64,000 nucleotides of DNA from assembly GCA_905178155.1 (NCBI GenBank), contig CAJINV010000010.1:3740587-3804586 (forward strand), given 5' to 3'. This stretch comes from Amoebophrya sp. A120. Lineage: Eukaryota > Protista > Dinoflagellata. The position numbers were made by a program, and so were the translations under genes. Shown here piece by piece: positions 1-11,405 of this stretch. The notes below the pieces were generated by a model that was not told the DNA's origin, did not search any database, and saw only the letters and a list, made by a program, of their open reading frames with translations. The stretch's first letter is position 1; the number at the start of each line of letters is the position of its first letter.

Positions 1-251
1 GGGTATGGAAGACGAAGATTCCGAAATTTGTCATGCTAGTCCGGCATGGCTCTGAACTCTGTAAGTATTGCGTGGCCCCCGCGACGAGCTCCTAACTCTC
101 TGTCATGCAAAAACGCAGTTTCTCATGCGGAATACGCAACTCAGAACCATGAAAGAGACTTGTCATGCTTGTTAGCAGCGCATTACATTGAGCTCACTAT
201 TCCCTTCTTTGCATCACAAGTTTCCAGAACCAGACATTTTTGCATTTGATA
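1..251. mobile_element. Introner family C, partial (right end only)
   Basis: Ends TTCCAGAACCAGACATTTTTGCATTTGATA, the family C right TIR; internal TTTGTCATGC motifs. Confidence 0.8.
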
Positions 252-1907
252 CCAAGAGGACGGAAGCAATTTCGAGCAAGGTGCTGCTGGTCGTTATCCT
301 GAGTAAAAACGTACCCACACCAGAGTCAAGATGGGGAATCGGCTAGACAAATCCACAAGTTTTGTCTGTTTTGCATGACAAATTTGGATTCGTAGTATAG
401 TGCTGTTTGAGCTAGCTCAGCAGCATCACAGATCTAGCATACCATGCTGATTGGAGCATGACAAGTTGCAAAACACGACTAGAAAATGCTTCTCATGGAG
501 CTCAGCATGAGAAACATTTTCAGCATGCAGATTTGCATTACAACTCTGGCGTGGGTACGTTTTTACTCAGGATAGTCGTGTACCAGTGCACCTGCACCAA
601 CCCTACCCCATCGCGGCGGGACATCAACACGAGCCGGTGTTCGTTTCCGAAGAGGATCAGCATTCGCCGCCACCGGCACTTCAAGCGGATGTTGACAACA
701 CACCTTCCCACGCCGCTACAGCTGGCGAGGTTGAAAATAGTGCGGTATTATATAATCCCCGGGAATTACAGATCCCGATTCCGCAGGACGTGGCGGTTAA
801 TATACAGCGGGAGTTATTTTTGGACGAACAGGGAACAAGCGATCGCACGAACAGCTCGAGCAGCGGGAATCCAGCAGGCTTGGCGTCGTCGTGTCCATCG
901 ATGACGAATAACACAAGAACTTCATCCTCCACTTCCTCCTCTTCTGCCACTGTTTCAACAGACGGGAAAACAAGAATAAATGGTCTGTCTGTGTCTGGAA
1001 ATCCGACAAGTGCAGCAGCAGCTGAGCGTGGAGATGATCCTATCAACTCCCTCCAGTTGCAAGCGCAGCGGGAGACTACTACACGGGTGCGCGAAGGAGG
1101 TTATGATCTTCAAGACGGAAGGGAAATCGGAGTGGAGGATGCAGCTGACAAGGACGACTTGTCGCTCACAAGCACGCCAATACAGCCACGGGAGCTGGTC
1201 ATCCCGGATCCAACGAAATCGCTGCCAGCCGCTAGCAGTTTGATAGCAGCGAGGGCTGGGGCAATCATGAAAACTGACAACAAAAAGCAGGAGATCATGC
1301 CAAGAAGCACTTCTCGGGGCACAAAAACTTCTACTGCGCCCGACCCAACAACAAACCGCGGCGAGAATTGTAGTTCTGAGAAAAATGCTCATGCTGTGAG
1401 TTCATCTGGTGCAGCAGCTTCACATCACGTGCCACTGCAGCTTCCGCCAGATTTGCTGTCGGTCTCAGATAAACACACAGGAGAACGTATCGTGAGTAAA
1501 AACGTCCCCACACCAGAGTTGCAATGCAAATCTGCATGCTGAAAATGTTTCTCATGCGGAGACCCATGAGAAGCAGTCTCTAGTCGTGTTGTGGGATTTG
1601 TGATGCTAGAATCAGCATGGTATGCTAGATCTGTGATGCTGCTGAACAAGCTAAACAGGATTACACTGCGAGGCCAAACTTGTCATGCGCAGCAGCAAAA
1701 GCTGGCAGATTTGTCTAGCAGATTTCCCAGCTTGACTCTGGTGTGGGGACGTTTTTCCTCAGGGTAGAACGAGCTGAGGGAATAACAACCGAAGCATCCT
1801 CCAGTAGTTCCACCTGCTCTGCTAGCACTACTGATGATCATCTTCACGGCGAGAATGTTCAGCGGGAGAACTCGATGAGCACCAGGACGCATCTGGTACT
1901 TAAATAG
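1..1907 (+). CDS. 3' part of an intron-containing gene; Ser/Thr/Ala-rich low-complexity protein, function unknown
   Basis: Exons ~257-294, 580-1487 and 1772-1907 join in frame after removing the introners (..EQGAAGR|VPVHLH..HTGE|RAEGITT..HLVLK*). Stop TAG at 1905-1907; 5' end lies outside the window. Confidence 0.7.
295..574. mobile_element. Introner family A (non-canonical intron)
   Basis: TIR TATCCTGAGTAAAAACGTACCCACACCAGAGT at both ends; TSD GTCGT (290-294, 575-579); removal restores the frame. Confidence 0.95.
1488..1766. mobile_element. Introner family A, opposite orientation to 295-574
   Basis: TSD GAACG; internal sequence is the approximate reverse complement of 295-574; removal restores the frame. 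Confidence 0.95.
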
Positions 1908-1965
1908 AGAAAAAGTTTTTGATGTTGTATGCATCGATAAAGATGCTTCTCCGAGCCTGTGCTGC

Positions 1966-4900
1966 ATGGCAGAGCCTCCTCCTGATGAAACGAAGTAAGT
2001 ACTTCTAGCGCATGACAAACATGAACAAAGTGAAACTCCAAATAAACCTGAAATTTTTTCCCAAGGTGCCCTTCTTCTCGCGCACCCTGCACACGGAGCC
2101 GATCCTCGCTATGGCGTGTATGAGAGTTGTGCACAACTCCCCCTCCTCCTCGTTTGTCATGCAGAATCCGAAGTCCTATCGTTGCGTTGTGGCACGGTCT
2201 GCATGACAAATTCCGGGATCTGAAACAGTACTAGCGTAGGTTCAGCAACTTGTCATGCACTGGATCCACGTGTGCTGGTGTTTGTATTGGTATTCATGCC
2301 GCGCTGCAAATGGAAATGAGGGGGAGGGGGAGTTGTGCACTCCCATTGCGTGCAGCAGCGATTTACTCTCCTACAACTTGCCGGAAATAAGAAGAAGTGC
2401 TTCCAATGCAGAAGAAGTAGACGAAAGAACGTCTAGAACAGGAGAGCAAGACACAAAAACTAATGGCGAAAATCACACACAGACTCAGACCAACGACTCT
2501 GTCTACATCGTCGTGGGCGGCAAGAACGGGCTTTTGCTCATGACGAAAATCGAAAAAATCTTCTCGAACGACATCCACGTGCCGCAATCGGGCGACTTCG
2601 AAAAGGATTTCACGAAGTTTGTCGGGCACGAGAGGACGATTACGAAAGTGCAATTTGTCGCCGCGAGTAGCATGACAAATGTTGCCAGAGCCACCAACTC
2701 ATCTTCCTGTCAGAAGCAGCAGCTGCTCGACAAGGAGCAACTGCGGTTGATTTCCGTGGCAACGGACCGGCAGATCCGAATTTGGTCCTGCGCCACCGGG
2801 GAGTGCCTGCAGATCCACCTGGACTGGGGTATGATGCTCGGGACGGCGATCATTTTGCCGAACAGCAGCTTCCTGATGTACGCAAGCAGCAACCAGAAGC
2901 TACAGGTAGTGCTTTTGTTGCGATGCTCATGTAATGTTGATGCAATATGCTTACGTCAACTTGTTGTTTGTTGCGATCTTCATGTTATGTCTCGTAAATC
3001 AATATCTTTTTGAACAGAATTCAGAGTGGCGCCTCCACCTAGCAGCGCAAGTGAATTTCTGGTTGAACTTTCCTGGAAATAAGAATCATTGTGCAAAGTA
3101 CATGTACAACTCGCATCCATTTCTGTACCCAGGTTGTCGACATCTCCAAGGGTAGTCGTAGCGGTGGGAGTTGTACTAGCAGCACCGAAAGAGGAGCAGG
3201 AGCACAAGTCACGACGACAACGACCGCGAGCGCCGCTTCGGGTTCTTGTGAAAACAAACCAAATACTGCTGCTGAAATGAAAAAAAACGAGTCCACTTTT
3301 CCCCTGGTCCAGGTGTTGCCGTGCGATTACGAAACTTGGTGTCTCTGCCACGACCACCAAGCGGCGGTTGTGGCGGGAACGAAGAATGGCTGTTTGAGGG
3401 TTTTAGAGATCGGGAACGGAGAGGAGGATGGGGGGAGGGACTGGGAAGAGGAAAACGCCCGGTATTTTTCCCTTACAAAGTGACGACTCATCTCAAGCCT
3501 GCCACGACGTCATTATCATGCAGCTGCAGCATGATCCGGATTGGCATTTTCGATATCTTCGTTTTTTTGTTTTGAAGTGGTCTCGTCTCTTAATATCCAG
3601 TACTCTAATCGGAGGTGGTGTCTCGATCACTTATCAAATCGTGCTGAACATTCCACTACCAAACTAGGTCGACGTCCTCCCCACATCCAAGTAACGACCC
3701 CTCGACAACCGCCGCTCTTACCGTGAAAAATTCTTTCCGGTTCCCCATGTGCGGGTCGAACCGCGGCGCACCGGTGACCTGGTATTGTGAGGAAAAATGC
3801 CCCCAGCCCAGAGCTTGGGAGCATTTGTATCGCAGGCGTTTCGAATGGAAACATTCGCCTTCTTAGATGTATCAGCATCACAGATTTCCAATCGCGAGCA
3901 GCAAAAATGTGTATCGCAAAAGATTCCAGCAAGAGCTGCGTTTGTCATGCAAGCGGTGCTATTAAATACGACTCGACTAGACCCCGCATCAGAAAGATTC
4001 ATAGCTCCTTTCATGCATGACAAAAAGTTTTCATTTGGAAACTTCGCATCACAAATTATTGCAATTTTCGGGGTGGGGGCATTTTTCACTGTGATACCTG
4101 GATGACCTTCATCAGGACCGGTTTTGTTGTCTCCTTGGCGATATGCATCGCAAAAGTGTATTAATCGCACTAGTACACGTTGCATTTTCACATGCATAAG
4201 ATAAAGATACCGTTTGTCGTGCGTATTCAGGTGAGAAGGTATCTATGGTAGAATTTTCATGCAGTATGAGTATCGCAATGCCCATGGCGACGAGTCGTGC
4301 GCTAGTACTTTTGCACAGGATTGGCGAACGGTGTGGTGAATGTGGTGGACTGCATTTATAGCGGAGGATATGCAAGAAAAAAACTGTGTAAGTGTAACTC
4401 TGTAATGCAGAACATGCAACAGAGGCACGTCTGTCATGCCAGACAGCCAAAAGGTCCTCTTTTCATGTGTGTTTTCCCTTACAAACCACACATGACAGGT
4501 TTTTTCTGTCATGTAGAGCAAATTTGTGATGCTGTCATCCAAAGAAAGTTACACTAACACTTTTTTTTTCTTGGATAGAGGAGGATCTTCATCGCCTTGT
4601 TCATCAACCTCAGGATCGGGAACCGCAGTAAAAATACCATTACCTCCGGGAAGTAGAAGTAGGAAGAGGTTATGACAATGCACAACTCCCCCTCGTCCCG
4701 CTCATTTGTCATGCAAAATAACCAATCCACCCATTGCCTCTTGGCACTGTTTGCATGACAAGTTCTGGTAGCCCAAATACCACTACACTCCAGTGCAAAT
4801 TTGTCATGCAAAACCGCCATTCTTGCTGATGCTTGTACTGCCGTTCATGCTATGCAAATGAGGGGGAGGGGGAGTTGTGCACTGTCATAAAGGTTGGAAA

Positions 4901-7900
4901 GAATGCAGATTCGAACCAGTGTGAAAACGGAACAACCCACGAGACCCGTACCGCTCAAAAACTGTTTTGTGCCGAGGTACACATCAAAGACCGAACAAAA
5001 ATTTTTAGGGCACAGTGGTGTTGTCGGAGCAAAAAGTGAGTCGAACATTAGCAACACAGACGAGGAGGGCGAGAAAGCACCTCCAGAAGCACAACAAGAA
5101 GAAAAAACTGTTCTTGCCATTGCCACAACTACCGAGTCGTCTTCCGGCACGGCCCATCTTCCACCAGATGTGGAAAGCAGCGCTACCACCTCGTCTTCCG
5201 CGTCATCATGCGGTAACGCCGTGGACCTCCACGGGGAAAAAATAAAACAAGCCACTTCAACTACATCCGGAGAGCCGGAAGCTCGGCCGGAGGTAGTCGA
5301 GACGAATGTAGGAGCGGTTGTACAAGAGGGGAAAGGAAAAAATCCTGAGGCCGTTGAGCAGGTATCTTAATATCGTTCAGATTTTTTGCAGCAAAAATTT
5401 TGCTGCTTTTGGTTTTGGTTTCGATAGTCAGTGCATTGGGAAAGGCGCCGGTGCGTAGGCTTGTTACTGCACTTAATATGCAACACTTCAGTGAAGAACA
5501 AGATTTTTAGCAGCTGTCGTAGGAGCACCAGAGCGGACTTGCGATTCTACTGTGACACCGGTTTCTTGTTTAACTATCTCTTTGATCGCAGCTTTTGAAA
5601 ATCAAAATAACGCGTTTAGAAATGATAACGTGCAGGTGGCGGCTGTCGTTTCCGAAAGAACATCTTCGCCCGGCGCGCTTGCAGCGGAGGAGCATCTTTT
5701 TCGCGGTGAGAATACTGCCGAGGAGGAGGAAGTTGTGCTTCTGGAGGATGCATATACATTGCAAATGCGTCTGGGTCTGGAAGAATGCAAACTTGTCATG
5801 CATATTTTACATCCTCCATGAGGTCTGAAATGCAGGACCTAGCATGACAAGTTCTGCGAAATCTCGATCATGTCCATCCTGCATGACAATCTGCCTCTGA
5901 ACTTGTTCAAAAGTGGACAGCTTTTCGTAATCATGCAACACAAATTTTTGTAAAATCCAGACTTCGCATGACAAGTTGCAATCTTCCAGACCCGGACACA
6001 TTCGCAATTGATAACGCACCAAGCTGCAAGACCGCGGACGACCGCCGGCGCGTCGGGACCAGCGCGAGCGGTTCTGGAACTAGTAGCTGTAGCAGCTCGA
6101 ATTACAGTAACAGGGACATGATTTCCAGAACGCCCCGGCCTTTTGTGACCAGCGAGACCACGTTGAACAAGGAGATGTCCTCAGCACCACCACCAGCGCC
6201 GGGCAGCAGTGCAGCTACTACTATTGCGACATCAAAAATAGGCACCGCCTCGTCCAAACAAGGACGAGAGCAGCTGCCACAGCCAACTTCTGCTACAACT
6301 GGGGCACCTGTGGTGGAGGTGGTTCACGAGCAGTCTAGTTCTTCGTCTTCAGGTGCTTTACCTGGAGAGGGCGACCTCCACACAAAAACTGGTTCTTCAT
6401 CTGTGGATTGTTTACAACCAGCTACGTCGAAACAATATGCATTGCAAAAGTATCGTACTCGTATAAATGCATTACAAACAAGGTCCGAGCACGGGGACAG
6501 AGTCCCCGTGCGGCGACCTTCCGGCATTTGTCTGCGCCGCGCTATGGCACTGGGCAGGCAGGTCGCCTGCAGCTAGGTATCTCGGTGCGCCTTGCATTCA
6601 CTGACCCGCGACGGGCCTGCGCACGCGGCCCCCTTGCTTGCGCGCACTAGATTCTTTCATTAGCCTGCCGCGCGCAAAGATAAAAGAAAAGAAGAAACTG
6701 GCGCGCGCCGGGTCTGGAGCCGGCCCCGCGCGCCCTAGGTCATGACGCGGCGACAGAGTCCCCACACTGCCCTAGGGCTTTTCTATGCCCCCTCCATCCT
6801 TGGCCACGCGGTGTGGCGTCCGGGGAGTGTCCGTAGCTAGCCCCTAGGCCATGACGCGGGGACCGAGTCCCCGCGCTGGCCTAGGGCTTTCGCCCCTTGG
6901 CCGCAAGGTGCCCGGGAAGCGCCCACAGCTGGCCCCTAGGCCATGACGCGGGGACCGGGTCCCCGCGCTGGCCTAGGGCTTTCGCCCCTGCCTTGGCCAC
7001 ACCGCGTCCGGGAAACGCCAACAGCTGGCCCCTAGGCCATGACGCGGGGGCCGAGTCCCCGCGCTGGCCTAGGACTTTCGCCCCTTGGCCACACGGTGAT
7101 CGGGAAGCGCTCAAAGCTGTCCCCTAGGCCATGACGCGAGGACCGAGTCCCCGCGCTGGCCTAGGGCTTTCGCCCCTTGGCCGCACGGCCTCGCGTGACA
7201 GACTGGACTTCGGGCCCAAACCTCACATGGCAAAGTCCGAAAGTTTGGCCGGGGTGTGTCCGAAAGTCTGCCCGGGGTGTGTCTGAAAGTCTGCCCGGGG
7301 TGTGTCTGGGGTATGTTCGGACTTTTTGCCTGGGGTATGTTCGGGGGTCTGTCTGGGGTATGTCTGGGGTCTGTCTGGGGTGTGTCTGGGGTATGTTTAT
7401 ACCCCACCTGTTGGCTTTTCGGCAAAAAATTGTAGTCCGCTCGTGATTGAGGAGCATTTGCATACCCCTGACACACCCCCGAACATACCCCCGAACATAC
7501 CCCTCGCCTGCATTTTTGACCAGCTGCTGCAGTTTAGATAGTAATCTCCTCAGCATGAGAAATAAAATTTGTGATGTTGATTTACCTTAAGGAAAATATG
7601 CATGACTGCAATACGAGTGCGATACTTTTGCAGTTCATAAACAAGTAGTCACCGGCTACGCGATCTCCGGGTCCTGCGCCAAGGATATTTACATCATTCC
7701 GGTTTTCGACCAAGAGGACATGATCAGCCACAACGCCGGTGCTCCTCTCTTGATGGAAAGTCACAACGTAAAAACCCCACAGCATGATGAAGAGCAGCAC
7801 CTCCACCACGGGGCGACGATGGGCAGCACGAGTATCAACTACACTAGAAATAAAACTACTGAGCCAGAACGAGCGAAGTTTGGGTTTACCTGCGCTCAAC

Positions 7901-8007
7901 AGAGAACGGTTTCCGTCGTGGCTGCGGGATTTGATCGCTTTCTGGCGACCGGTGATTTTGACGGGAAAGTGGTGCTGTGGAAACGGGCGGAAGTCGTCGA
8001 AAGATAA
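1966..8007 (+). CDS. WD40-repeat protein, about 12 exons
   Basis: WD motifs FVGHERTITKVQF..LISVATDRQIRIWS and FLATGDFDGKVVLWK. Continuous frame after removing 8 introner-type introns (1996, 2119, 3783, 4142, 4369, 4671, 5753, 6436) and 3 GT-AG introns (2906-3132, 3462-3667, 5362-5635). Confidence 0.8.
1996..2060. other. Degenerate mini-introner / non-canonical intron
   Basis: Flanked by CGAAG/CCAAG, starts TA and contains GCATGACAAA. The +5-nt rule gives the in-frame join ETK|VPFF, whereas the apparent GT-AG pair shifts the frame. Confidence 0.5.
2119..2347. mobile_element. Introner family B
   Basis: TIR core GTGCACAACTCCCCCTCC; TSD GCGTG; join AMAC|SSDLL. Confidence 0.93.
3783..4096. mobile_element. 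Introner family F
   Basis: TIR TAT-N6-GAAAAATGCCCCCA; TSD CCTGG; join PVTW|MTF. Confidence 0.9.
4142..4322. mobile_element. Introner family D (diverged)
   Basis: TIR TAT..GCAAAAGT / ACTTTTGC..GATT; TSD GGCGA; join VSLA|NGVV. Confidence 0.85.
4369..4577. mobile_element. Introner family G
   Basis: TIR TAT.CAAGAAAAAAA..GTGTAAC; TSD GAGGA; in-frame join. Confidence 0.9.
4671..4889. mobile_element. Introner family B
   Basis: TIR TATGACA.TGCACAACTCCCCCTC; TSD GAGGT/AAGGT; join RKR|LERMQ. Confidence 0.93.
5753..6013. mobile_element. Introner family C
   Basis: TIR core TGTCTGGGTCTGGAAG; TSD ATGCA/ACGCA; join EDA|PSCK. Confidence 0.93.
6436..7639. mobile_element. Introner family D enlarged by a nested 1.06-kb insert
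   Basis: TIR TATG...TGCAAAAGTATCG.ACTCGTAT; TSD AACAA; join TSKQ|VVTGY. The flanking parts match the reverse complement of the 154-bp copy at 25937-26090. Confidence 0.9.
6479..7541. repeat. GC-rich nested insert with a ~92-95-bp tandem repeat and a GGGGTRTGT array
   Basis: Units starting CCCTAGG.CATGACGCG at ~6733, 6842, 6934, 7029 and 7121; GGGGTATGT/GGGGTGTGT repeats at ~7250-7397. Confidence 0.85.
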
Positions 8008-8900
8008 AATGATTGCCAAAAAATCATGGTAACTACCTCCAGGCGCCACGCAGGGTTTATTTAAATCAACAAGGAGTTTTCTTTTTCATGCTGCTGCTGC
8101 TGCTGAGAGAAAATTACGCCGACAGATGGAAAAGTGTATGAATTTTTATGAACGTCGAACTACGTTTCTAGTTTTTGCGTCGTACTACTCCTATCTAAAG
8201 ATCATAAAAGTTGGACAATATTTTTATCTAAAAATATACAAGTTGTATCCGGAGAAATAAAGAGTTTCGTTTCGAGCATAATGTTACAAACACAGTTTTG
8301 CGGGCCTATGTTGACGACAGGATCCTGTAGATAGTGATCGTCAAAAAATTCAAAAATCGGGAAAGAAAAAGAAACATGCGTATAAAGATGTTATCGAACT
8401 GGAGTTGCTGTAGCGAGAAAAAAAAAGCAAGGATGTAGATGAAGTGCCGCCTTTGTTCGTCCACTTTCTGCAATACAAATTTCGCCAGATTGTAGTGCGG
8501 ATTGGGGCTCCGGAACTTGTCATGCGCAATCCTACAAGAGTTGGCTAGATCATGCAGCTCCTGCGCCACAGATTTCCATATTCTATTGTTTTTTTTTATG
8601 TGGTTGTCTCTTGTCCACCTGGTGCATTCGATCGATTATGATAAAGATAAATGAATGTAGTTGTGTTCTTCAAGAAGGCCGACGTAGTAGTTCCTACTTG
8701 GGAGTCCTCTTCTCTTGCTCACCTTTCTTCTTGGGACAGAGTTTTTGTTTCCCCCATCATTGATTTCCTTTTGCTTTTCCACTCTTGCTTTCGGGATCTA
8801 TCTCACTAACCTGCTCGACGCTGTGCTAGTCGCATCTTCGGTAGGATTATTTCCTTCTATCCAATTTATGTTGTCACCACGGAATCTATAACACAATCAG

Positions 8901-9630
8901 TGTTGTGTGTTGCCACACTGAACTTCTGAAGATGAAAAAGCAATCTGTTTGCTTTTTGTGCGAGAAAATGTTTTTTCAACTTGCAACGAGGAAAAAGCAA
9001 GAGAAAGTGAAACTCTCGAACAGAAGAATCTGAACAATTTCTGAACTTGTCGACAGGCTTTTGGGAAACATCAACACGAGAATTACCTTGCTCCCTCTGT
9101 GGAGATTAGGTGTTCCAACATTGGTGGAGAACCTAAATTTTTTTTTCGTCCCGTAGAACCCCCTAGGCCCCTAGTTTTCTTGCGTTATCGTATTGCGTAA
9201 TCTTGTTTATGTTTTCTTCCATCGCAATCGTACAGCTAAGGCGTAAAAGCAACTTCGTATCTGTGGAGATTAGGTGTTCCAACATGTTGGATAGATCGGA
9301 ATCATAAGTGACCTCGTGACGATCAGAAGCATAGCACGATGTGAATCGCGACGCAGATCTGGTCTGATGTCAAATCTCTTGGTCTTGTACAGACCGGCGA
9401 TCTGAAAATCCAGGATCCTCCTCCTTATCCGTAGCCATCCTGTTTGTCATGCATATTGTCCATCCTCTTGATGCTTTACCTATCCCCACAGGTTGCGACT
9501 AGTGCCCATGCTAGTGCGTCATCACGTAGTAACGTAAACCGCCCGCGATACGTAGTCGCATAGTATTGCTAGTGCTTGTGCTCACCGTGTTCACGTTCTT
9601 GATCGTGATCGCGCGTCTAGGTTTCTAACA
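8901..9630. mobile_element. Putative solo LTR, 730 bp
   Basis: TGTT...AACA ends; 5-bp TSD ATCAG (8896-8900, 9631-9635); absent from the paralogous segment at ~16251-16290. Confidence 0.7.
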
Positions 9631-9770
9631 ATCAGACTAACGCTCGCGTGATTTTACTATAAATTAGTCGCAATCATGCACTTTTCGTGATTGGCGCAGG
9701 TAAGTAGTTTATTTCTTGACGAGACAGAACGCGCCATCAGCGTCCTGTCTAGAAACATCAAACGCACGCA

Positions 9771-11405
9771 ATGATGTCTGTGCGCCCGTTGCTCTTCAGC
9801 ATTTTCTGTTTCGCCGGCCCGTGCCTTGCCGCGGTCCCGGAACCGGCCCCGAAAAGACGCCGGGTACAACGTGGCCAGGAGCAACATCCGGGCCTCCCTT
9901 TAGACCGTGACCCGGAAGAACCGGCCCCGGAAAGACGCCGGGTACGTGGCCAGGAGCATCCGGGCCTCCCTTTAGACTGTGACCCGGAACCGGCCCCGAA
10001 AAGACGCCGGGTAGGCGGCCAGGAGCATCCGGGCCTCCCTTTAGACTGTGACCCGGAAGAACCGGCCCCGAAAAGACGCCGGGTAGGCGGCCAAGAGCAT
10101 CCGGGCCTCCCTTTAGACTGTGACCCGGAAGAACCGGCCCCGAAAAGACGCCGGGTAGGCGGCCAGGAGCATCTTCCGGGCCTCCCTTTAGACTGTGACC
10201 CGGAAGAACCGGCCCCGGAAAGACGCCGGGTACGTGGTCTCCCTTTAGACTGTGACCCTAATATAGCGGCCCATGTTTGTTCGTATCTGGTTCTGCATCC
10301 GCTGCACGCCCTTTTTAACGCCCTGGCGACCGGACGACGGGCACCGGGCTCGCGCTGGCAACCGGATACGGAAGAACATTACCGAGAGATCGATGCAAAT
10401 GTTGTGCGTCTGAAGGAACGCTCCTGGGGAGGGTTTTACCAACTGCTGTGTCGTGGCCCCGAGCTGCAGGCGCCCGCCCTTCGCGGTGCTAGTAAGCTCT
10501 TTCGCGAGGTGCTAGTAAGTCCTGAGGTCGCGCGCACCCTCCCGAAGATGGGTTTCGCCAACCAGCTGTTATCCTACGTGCAGCCGGAAGATCCGTTTTT
10601 CACTCTGGAAGAATTTTCCTCCCCGTGTACACCACCACAGGGGCGCCCCCTATACATTCCCTACTGGATTACACCACGACCGGCCCTAGATGACACTTTT
10701 CGGTATTTTCTGCATCTCTTGGAAGACGCACTGCTGCGCGCGCCAGAGCAAAGCTGGACTGACGATTATCAAGAGGAGGACTTCATATGCATTGCAAATA
10801 TGCAGCCTGAGAGGTCTGGAAACTTGTGACGCAAATCTGGGAATGGTGGGCGCACCGCAATACGTAGCCAAGCACGACAAGTTTTTGAGCTGCTCCTGCT
10901 ATGTAATTCGTTTCCCGCGTGCTGGCAAACCGCGTTTTCGCATGACAGGCAACAGTCCCTTATTTTCCCATCCATGCATCACAGATTTAAGAGCCATGCC
11001 ATACCATACCATGCCAGACAACCATGACAAACGTGCATTTTTCCAGACCCAGACATAAGTATTTGCATTTGATACTACAGTGACCCGCACGGCGTTACAC
11101 CGATTCTTTATCTCGACCTTGCGGGCCGATACCATGGGCCTAACAATCTTGGCTTCGGTAAGCTTCGCATATTCACAAGGCGTGTGCCGCTTTCGAGCGA
11201 CGACAAGCAGAAGCTAGCAGGCTGGGAATGGGACGAGAACAACGGCTCGAACATAGTGCCCGGCGTGAACATAGTGCTTCTGCCCAATGCGCCGAGCCTC
11301 GTTGTGTGTGGAAAAATCAGCGGTCCGGATCGCGAAAACCTGTACTCTCTCGCGTTGGAAGTACAGCAACGGACAGAGGAAGCGACCGTGGCTTTTCGTT
11401 GTTGA
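9771..11405 (+). CDS. Secreted protein with 6 NLS-like repeats and an F-box-like motif (candidate effector), 2 coding exons
   Basis: Signal-peptide-like MMSVRPLLFSIFCFAGPCLAA; six PAP(K/E)RRRV units; LPLDCDPNIAAHVCSYL; join EEDF|SDPHG across introner 10786-11074. Probable 5'-UTR GT-AG intron at ~9700-9753. Confidence 0.75.
9836..10258 (+). repeat. Coding tandem repeat, about 72 bp x 6
   Basis: Unit encodes PEEPAPKRRRVGGQEHPGLPLDCD; length variation preserves the frame. Confidence 0.95.
10786..11074. mobile_element. Introner family C, shared with the paralog
   Basis: TSD CTTCA/CTACA; homologous copy at 17025-17303. Confidence 0.92.

Noticed and set aside
6479-7541. Helitron identity for the nested insert
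   Set aside because: No 5'-TC / CTRR-3' termini on either strand.
6881-7556. ORFs within the nested GC-rich insert
   Set aside because: They are tandem-repeat translations inside an intron.
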